A DNA stretch of 55,899 nt, filler included, from Dirinaria sp. TL-2023a (Eukaryota), in NCBI GenBank assembly GCA_051941275.1. It is 5 parts of 5 records of this genome, joined end to end, with 100 filler letters (N's around TTAATTAATTAA, not from the genome) between each part and the next. Parts side by side here need not be neighbours in the genome. Positions count along the whole stretch, not along the records: positions 44,822 to 55,899 come from JAVEBF010000879.1; 4 more parts are not named here. One strand, written 5' to 3'. The notes under the pieces are model-generated. The model ran no database searches. It saw nothing but the letters and a program-made list of their open reading frames with translations, and was not told the origin of the DNA. Below are positions 47,865 to 55,899 of this stretch, piece after piece. Positions within the stretch are counted from its first letter, which is position 1, and each line of letters starts with the position of its first letter. A program made the translations under genes and the position numbers.

Positions 47865-48897
47865 CTACTGAGCAATACCAATGACGCCGCAAGCCGGTCG
47901 TCCTCCAGCATTGCCGGTTGTTTTGCTCTGCTCATGACCGCCTTTACCCAAATCATCTGTACCAGCATGGACGACTATTGTGCGCTACAATGGATATCTC
48001 AAGTCAGTTCAATTCACAGAGATGGTAAAGATGCGAGGAAGATAGAGGAATATCGGTAGACAGGAGGGTATACTCACTCCAAGAACGCTCTCTTGACCGA
48101 TCAACTTGACCTGGCTATCCGTGATGGAACCCTGGGAGTTGCCTTGTGCGTCGGTCTGGAAGTTCCCGAGATCCCCGACATGACGGTCGGAGTCAGAGGG
48201 GGCGCCGTGCTGCTTAGAAAAAGGATTGACTAACAGGAAGGAAGTCAGTAAGGCTGTAAAACAAAAAGATAACACAGCCAAAACGACTGCGCGAAAGCAC
48301 TCAGGTGTATTTGGGGTGTGGTGCCGTTCTCGCCGCCTAATGGGGAATTGTTCTTGCTGTGATACAGTGAAAAATTGGAAGATCCTTTCGACGTGGCTTC
48401 CAAACCAAGCGCAAGGCTCTAATGGCCTCGCATGCTGGAGGACGACCTACAATGTGGTCCGGCGCTGGTGCAGCCATTGGTGTTGTCACCGAACTGGTGG
48501 ACGTGCATGCCTCGCTGGGCGGACGGGTCGCTACCCTTGATATCATAGGTGATGGTAGTTGGCGAAGATTCGGACGTTTGTTCGAAGGTGACGGTACCGC
48601 CAACCGTCGAGTCGCCTCGAAGGACTGCCACTGTTGCAGAAAGAAGAGTCAGCCGGATGTACATTCCATAGACGGAAAAGCCGATGTAAGATCAAAGCTG
48701 GGGGGTTTGCAAGACAGGACCGGTGGTCTTTCTTGGCCTCCTCAATCGCAATACACTAGAATTTGCTCGTAGAGCTTTGTAATGGATCGAGCAAGCTCGT
48801 ACTGAAGTGCCCAAACCTGCCGATGTAGACAGGGTGTGGGGGATACATTCGAGTGGTAATTTGAACGTAATTCAAAGGACTTACCAGCTTTAACCAT
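47865..48897 (-). CDS. sod1: Cu/Zn superoxide dismutase (4 exons, 154 aa)
   Basis: Exons 48897-48885, 48630-48451, 48229-48078 and 47984-47865 give [76 protein letters not shown]. Confidence 0.97.
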
Positions 48898-49516
48898 TTT
48901 TGTACGATGAGGATGTTCAGGTAAATTAGGTACAGATATTCTAAATCTTGCTTAGGTATGATAAGGGTTTCGGGACTACTGTTGAGAAGGAAAAAGATTT
49001 GAAGGGCACAACAAGATGACGAAAGTGTTTATAGGCGACATGAGGGACCCCCAAGTGGGGCCGAGGGCCCGAGGGGCCTCCGGTGGGTGAGGGGAGGGAA
49101 AACGTCAGATAAGTTACATTAGTCAATCCTTCCAAGTTGCTCTGGCCAATGATCTTCAGGCCGTCAACATCATAGACAATCCTCGTTCATCCCAGGGGCA
49201 AAATGGCATGTCTATGGTGGAGTGAACAAACACCTTAACACAAGTTTAAATATGTCGAAAACTAGCATAACAGAACTTGGTGGAGAGCACGGAGGAATTT
49301 GTTGCAGCTGGCAGTTTGGTTACTGTGTTCTGGCGTCCAACTATTAATAATGATCATCAGGCATTCTCTAAGCTATTGCTATTGTGAAAGAAAACACTTG
49401 CTCCATCGTACAGGCTAATCAACCCTCGTAAATCATCACTCATGTGTATTATTACGTCCGTGCTGACGCCGACCATTGATACACAAAGCCGCGCTTGCTA
49501 TACACTTTCCTAAGCA

Positions 49517-50868
49517 TCACGTCCCCTGATGTTCAGGCTTTGTATGTGCCACCTGGCTGGGCTTCGGGGCTTTCTCCCTTGCCATTTCCTTGGCCAGGGA
49601 ACCCTCAGGCGCGTAGCCCGCCTCCTGAGAGCGAGATTCGGTAGGCGCTTCGTCATCCATGGCTGCAATTTGCGCCTCCGTGGAAGCACGCTCTTTCTCA
49701 AGTCGGGTTTCTCGTCCACGTTTATGGCAGTACCAAAAGACGAACAGCAGGACTGCAGTCACTTGTCAGCGGGATAAGGCTGCACAGATCAAGCTTCTTA
49801 CCAAATAATGCTAGTGAATAGAGAACGTTCATTCCTAAGAATGCTGGGAATCGTAATTTCAGGAAGTTCATGATGGCCTTCAGCATCCCCGCCACAGCTC
49901 CTGGCTTCGTCACCAGATCCTTCAGACTGGGCACTCGAACTTTCACACCCATCTTCTCGGCCGCATGCGCCGCGTGATCGGTGTATTTTGAATGCAAGCC
50001 ATGCTTCTCCGCTGCCGCCGCAAGCACCTCTGGCCCCACCGACTGCGTCACCTTGGATGGCAATTGTTTAATCAGTTTTTGCAGAAATGAGGGTAAATGT
50101 TCGTAACCACGCTGTATCTGGTCTTCCGAGTTGGTGAGGAGTGATTCAAGGTCACCGTAAGCAGTCGGTACACCATTCACAAGGTCTTTGAGAACAAGTT
50201 TAAACCTGTAGAACTTTATCAGCGTGATTGCATGCGGTACGGAAGGGAGACCGTACATACTTGTTCAATAGCTCTTGTGATTCCTTGGAAATAGAGAAGA
50301 CGCGGTTATCCACAGCGGCAAGATTTAGCTGCTCAAGCACCGACGCCATTTCTTCCTCCTCCTTTTTCGCCTCTTGGTCAGACACGGTTCCGTCTTCGTT
50401 CGGCTGAGCGTCCGGCGGTTTGATGCTCTCAGCAGCAGTCATCAGATCAGAGGCGGTGGCTTTTTGACTTCTGCGCTTGCTATCCCTGCTATCGCGCCGC
50501 AAAAAATTCCATCTCTTGTGTTTCTTTCCAGATGATGAGGTTGGCCGCTCCTCGTCTTTAACGTTTTGATTCTCTTCAGTCGGCGACGAGGCTGCCAACG
50601 GCGTATCAGGGCGATCTGGCAGCGGTACTTCTTTTGCTTCCTCCGCCAGTATAAGCTGCATGTCGTTCCCTTCAGGTTCTCCAGCTACTGGTAAATCCCA
50701 TGGGCGCTCTGGCGGAGGTGAACCGCGCGGTGGTAGTGGTGGCGGCGTTCCTTCCTCGGCGATACGCTGCAGAAAGGCTTCATCTTCCTCGCTGAGCACA
50801 GGTGCTTCAGGTGCCTCTGGCTCTTCTTCATGCTTTTTGGCCTTCTTGTGAAAAGCGTGTTTGAACAT
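49517..50868 (-). CDS. Conserved fungal protein of unknown function with a C-terminal transmembrane helix (3 exons)
   Basis: ORFs 50200-50868, 49722-50258 and 49517-49762 join through GT..AG introns: LNLAAVDNRVFSIS..FKLVLKDLVNGVPTAYGDLE..SLALFVLLFVFWYCHKRGRETRLEKE. Confidence 0.8.
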
Positions 50869-53609
50869 CCTGGGGACAAATTACGGTTGTAAGGATCCCG
50901 AATCGTTATGTAACAATATTTGAGGGTTTATTGTAGGTTGAGAGATCCAAGTTCGAGGAATTCCTAGCGTTAGTCTTCTCTTGCGTTCATTGTCCAAGAT
51001 TCAGGGCACTTCTGGCCCCGCGATGCGCGTCATCGTGACAATCCCCCACAAACACTTGCCACTTAGTCGATGAGGCAACAACAGCCTCATGATATTACTG
51101 CTTCACTGGAATATTGGATATTGAATTCATCACAACATAGCAGAGCTCAGGACTTAGATCAGTCAAGGCTGTGGATGCATTTGTCGGAAAACAATCTATG
51201 CAGAGCACCAGTCCAAGGCTCGCAAGGGTTCCTGGTGGACACTAGCAGCGCCACTACGAAGGCCAAGTTTAATTGAAGCTCGCCTACAGTAGACGGCTGT
51301 CTGGCGGTTGTGGCTCGCCTAGAGTTATCGCTTGCGTAATTCATTGTTGCTAAGTAGGGGCCCCCAAAGCCACCCAAAGCCCATAATACGCACCTTATAG
51401 AAAGTATGTGCAAAGCAATAATAGTAATGTGTCGCAACATTCTTCACTTTCACTTTCGCACTCGTAAGTCGCAAGGCTAACTTCTACTTTCTTAAGGAAC
51501 AACGGCGCATCATTTTTTGGACCCTGTTCCTTACAGGTGTGTTTGCCATGGTATCTAGTCTAAGTTTCGTCCCCTCACGGTCCAAGTTTCTACCAATTCC
51601 TGAACCTTTTCAAGGCCTAGCCAAGAGCATAGCAGGCGTGCGACGCTTTTTCGAGAGAGAAAACGAAATTTGCTTGGGTGTACTCCGTTGACGTGCTGTA
51701 CCAAGTATATAGTCCCAATTCGATATCACGAATGCCTCCCAATCTGATTTTGAACCTACGACCTGGGTCCGTTTGCTCTAGAGCACAGTCCGTCAGATCT
51801 ATCGCAATTCGGGTAATACGAAATCCCATGAGAATGGAGCTATTGATTTTCTAGCAAGCCATAACTTCAAGATTTGAAAGGTCAGGCTATCTTTCCCCAT
51901 GATCGAAACGAAAGCTGGTCTTTTGACGCGGATAGATAAGCGCTACCTGTAGGAAGACTAGCAGCAAGAAGAGAGAGATGGAGTTTGGCTATCCTCTGCT
52001 TCGCGTTTAAGAGGGCGAAGATCTCCACAGACACATCAATCCTCTAGAGCTCAGCTGCCGAGATTGCGGAGACTGAAGTAGATATCTCGGACCCAAAACC
52101 CGCCAGGTGTTTGGGGGCGGTCAGACAAGCTCAATGACGTTGGCCAATAATCGTCCAAAGTTGATGACTACTCTCTTCTAATCATCGTTTGTTGGTTGAA
52201 AGGCTCCTCGTTCATACTAGTTGCTTCACTGTTCGTAGATTCTGAATAGTCCTCAGCAGCTGCAATGGGAAGGGTCTGGGTAGAAGCACATATTCTAATT
52301 GTGCAGGAAAGCGTAGATATCTAATTCGTGATGAATACGAGTTGAGTATCGAATTGCACATCATCCAGGTACTAATTGTAGCAACCCAGTCTTGAACCCC
52401 ACCAAACAAAAGGGAGAATAGCGAAATGGTTGAAGATCGCCAACATGCTTCATCAGAAAGCGTTAATCGAAGATCTGTAGAAGGGATTGATGAACGAACT
52501 GGAAGAGAAGAGCGAAGAGCCTACGTTGATGATACCTCGGTCCTGGAGCAGTGAAGAGCCCCTTTGAACCCAATAATAATGAACGCATAAATGGGGCCAC
52601 TCAGCGAACTCATTTTCTCTTCCGTCCCAACGAATGGGCGACGAAACTCATCCCGGCTCATCGACAAAGGGATTCGTAAGGAACAGTAGTACCGTCGCGA
52701 ATCTGAATCCATCTTTCCCACGAGCCTCTTACCTCGGGCTCGAGATGGCGCTGAATGATCCTTTCATCGGCGATGGCTCAAATAAAGTCGACATCGATTT
52801 GATGAAACGCTAGGGTCAGGAGACATGGCTTGTTCGATGAGACTTACCTTGTGGGGCACAAGGCATTTTCCACGCCTCGTAATCTTAAATCTTGAGACGA
52901 GCTGAAAGTTACCAAGGAAATTCATTAGCGCTACCTTGAGTCCAACCATCCAGTATTCGATCGCCTCTCTCTGTCGGTTGCAGCGATGCTACATACGAGG
53001 CTACTGCCCTTCCCCAGTACTTACAGTACATGTATAGCGCAAAGCCTTGACAAAGTAGCAGTGGCCTAATTGCAAAACCTCATAATCATATTATCATCGC
53101 TACCTACAGCAGTACTCCAGGTTAAACGGAAGTACTACTGTGGAGTGGGCGAAGGAAGGGTAAGGTAGAGTACGAGTACAAGCCAAGGGTCCGAAACTCT
53201 TCCAAAAAAAGGCTTCAAATGCGACCGCCGAGCCGCCGTCGTCAACGCGTCCGCTAAATCATCCAATAGATCAACGGCATTCCTGATCTCCAACAACAAT
53301 GCACGACGTTTGTCTGTCGACTGGCCGATCCCATGTTACAGCCTCAGTGTACAGCTGCAAGGCACGTCAAACCTGATGTGACCTAAGGGGTCAGAGGCTT
53401 CTCGAGCTCTGAAGTGGAACGTGCAGTCGCTTCACCCACCGTGCCTTATATCATTGCGTACCCAGCACCAGGGCTACACCCAATTAGTGCCATTTTGCAC
53501 TCGCTATATCTGCTATATGTGCCATGTGCCTTGTCATCAATAGGTTTTCATTTGCGAGTGCCTCTCTTTCTTCCCCTCCCCCACTCTCCACTTGCAAGGA
53601 GCACACCAG

Positions 53610-54565
53610 ATGTTGTTGCGATACCCTTCGCAATTAGCACTGCTGCTCGCCACAATCCTGCCTTCTATCAGCGCCGAAGCTTCAGAAAGGTATGCAGCGT
53701 TGCAGTGTAACAAGGCTGTTCAGCATCTCAGCAGTTCTTTAGTAACCGTGTTCGCCGTAATAGATGGATTTTTCCTGCTGTTGACTCAAACCCAATATAC
53801 AACTACCTCGACATTGTAAATGCTTCCTGGACAAGTACTTACAATCCCCCTACTCTCATACTCTGGTGTCACAATGCTACGGAGGACGCGGCCGACAAGA
53901 GATTGTATCCCAGTATGGACTCCTGTCTGCCATGGCCTTCTGTGTTTTAATCAGAATGATTAGAGTACAATCAGACTGTACCTCAAACCGGAAGTCGCCT
54001 GATCCCATTGAATTACGACGCTGCTGCTCTAGCATGTCACTTCGAAGTCCTGTCAGCTAAAGCAATAAGGAACGGAAAGAGGTCGGTCCCAACATTCAAT
54101 AGCAGTGTGATCACGGTCGAGGTCGTCCGGGGGAAACAACCTGTGACTTGGTCCCAAAATGATGCTGCTCAGGCACCTACAGCCTCAGGTACAGCGACTG
54201 CAAGCCAGACAGAGACAACAGTGGTTCCATCCAAAACCTCCAACGCCACAGCTGCCACCAGCTCGGCAAGTCAGCAGGGACTCAGTACCGCCACAAGGGC
54301 TGGTATAGGTGTGAGCGCTGCTGTAGGAGTGCTCGTGATTATTTCCATCGTTGCTGCGCTGCTTTGGCTGGGAAGACGGAAGCGACGGATTTTGGATCGT
54401 TGCACTAGACCTCATAAAAAAGCTGTAGACATGTCGGGGGAGCTGCAGGCCAATGATCCTCCACAAGAGATGGAAGCTAACTCTCTTCAGGAGCTTCCGA
54501 CAACTCCGGTTGTTAGAGATTTGAACCATCATGATCAGACTCAGGATCAGAAAATAATAGGTTAG
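53610..54565 (+). CDS. Single-pass type I membrane protein (signal peptide, small Cys-containing ectodomain, Ser/Thr stalk, TM helix, cytoplasmic tail)
   Basis: Exon 1 MLLRYPSQLALLLATILPSISA. Intron from 53690 (GTATGC) to 53763. Exon 2 WIFPAVDSNPIYNYLDIVNASWTS..LWCH. Exon 3 ..ACHFEV..AGIGVSAAVGVLVIISIVAALLWLGRRKRR..QEMEANSLQELP. The second intron boundaries are approximate. Confidence 0.72.
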
Positions 54566-55899
54566 CGTTTGCATCCATTCCTCAACATCGAGTACTCGTG
54601 TTGCCGCGCATCTGGTTCTCAATCGTGTCTTCTTGCCCTTGGTTGCTCAACTCATTTCCAAGCGCACGGGCTACGTTCCACTCAATATCAATTTTGCGAT
54701 AACCTGTTCCGTCTTAACGGAAAAGCATTGCAAAAATCTCATCCGCTGTTGAGCAGCTGATGCTGTCCTTTATCTAAATTTTGTCCAAGACAATTTTGCC
54801 ATTTTCCAGAGGCACCATAGGCCATCAATGACCGCCGCTCCTATTGACGAAGCACCGAATCAGTACATAAAACAAGACGAGACACACCTACGCTAGTAAA
54901 AGAGCCCCATTTGCTCGTGGCAGCCATCATCAGACCGAGGAAACGGCTCAGATCGTAAGATTCGTTATTCCATGCCTCCTATTGTTCTTCGGCGGAGTTG
55001 GTTCATTCGTCTAAGTCGTATTATTATGGTAGTTGAGCTGCCTCGCTGATCCTGAGGACCAAACCACGATCGTCTTACATCTTTCCCTTGGAAGCAACTG
55101 AGTGCTTTCTCCCCCCAAGCCCGGTGTATATATACAGGGAAATTTCTAGCTTTCCAGACGTCCACAATCAGATCTTGCTTCGTCTTTGTGCTCTTGTCGG
55201 AGCATGTTACCATCGCCGCTGAAGAGATGGAGGATCCCGGCAGAAACATACCTTACTCAAGGATTAGCGAAATACCATGAAGAGGTTTCCAACGTGCAAG
55301 TCGGTTAGGGAGCGACAGATGAAAATATCCTAGAAAGTTGATGCTTGGTCTTGACACACCATGTGGAGGCTCTGGTAGATAATACTCGGGCGAGTCCGGC
55401 TGCGCCCTGGACACCGCAGAGTGGTTCAGCGTACTCGTATGAGGTAAAGCTCAGTAGCCTCTACTTTCTCTCAACGGCCAACATTTCTTGAGTAGGACAG
55501 CGGGTCGACTGAGCGATGATCAGAAGCAAAGGTGGTGGTCGATTTAGACGAGTATCTGGACGACAGCAATAATCTTCATCGTGTGGCGATCGAGCATATT
55601 GAGGATAGGAGCTCTTCAAAGCGTCTTTTGTTTTAAATTAGTTGAGAGATAGATCAATCAACCGAGCGCTCGCAAGATCTATTACTTTCAGCGGTAATGT
55701 AACACATTGCATCCACACCTCCCTTCTCTAAGATCTGTATGCTTCTCCTCTAAAAGGGACTTGAGCTATCTGTAGAGTTGCACTTCGTGGCACGACCTTA
55801 ACACCCTTTTTCTTATTCAAAAAAAAAACCCCCCTTCGGATTCAATCTTCTCGACTCAATCCCCCTATTTCACTCTGCTCAAATCATAATGCCTAATAT

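Noticed and set aside
11212..48897. One large copper regulon locus joining the X325-Ctr-Fre cluster and sod1
   Set aside because: They lie on different contigs separated by artificial linkers, so co-occurrence in this window is accidental.
51070..53400. Short ORFs in the gene-poor part of contig 5, and 54965-55620
   Set aside because: No recognisable homology or coherent exon chain. Possibly decayed genes, but unsupported.

Overview
Eukaryotic DNA from an intron-rich filamentous ascomycete. A lichen-forming Lecanoromycete is my best guess, but that is inference. The window is not one locus. It is five ~11.1-kb contigs (1-11111, 11212-22320, 22421-33528, 33629-44721, 44822-55899) joined in descending length order by artificial 100-nt linkers (44 N + TTAATTAATTAA + 44 N), so adjacency across a linker means nothing. 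Contig 1: CCCH zinc-finger gene, tfg2, csn4, a small secreted-protein gene and LTR/TE relics. Contig 2: a compact putative copper-acquisition cluster (His-brace X325/Bim1-like secreted protein, Ctr transporter, divergent ferric/cupric reductase with Met-rich and Cys-rich additions), areA, and a decayed Tc1/mariner transposase. Contig 3: a coiled-coil protein, vma13, dis3. Contig 4: iws1, nup57, a four-exon complex I 20.8-kDa subunit gene that the ORF track misses, and an Edc4/Pdc1-like gene. Contig 5: psk1-type kinase, sod1 and two membrane proteins. The best leads are the X325-Ctr-Fre cluster and two features inside sod1 introns: an inverted pair of Mac1-type motifs, and a 16-nt perfect intron/exon complementarity overlapping a 5' splice site. 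Exon boundaries were read by eye and no database search was run.
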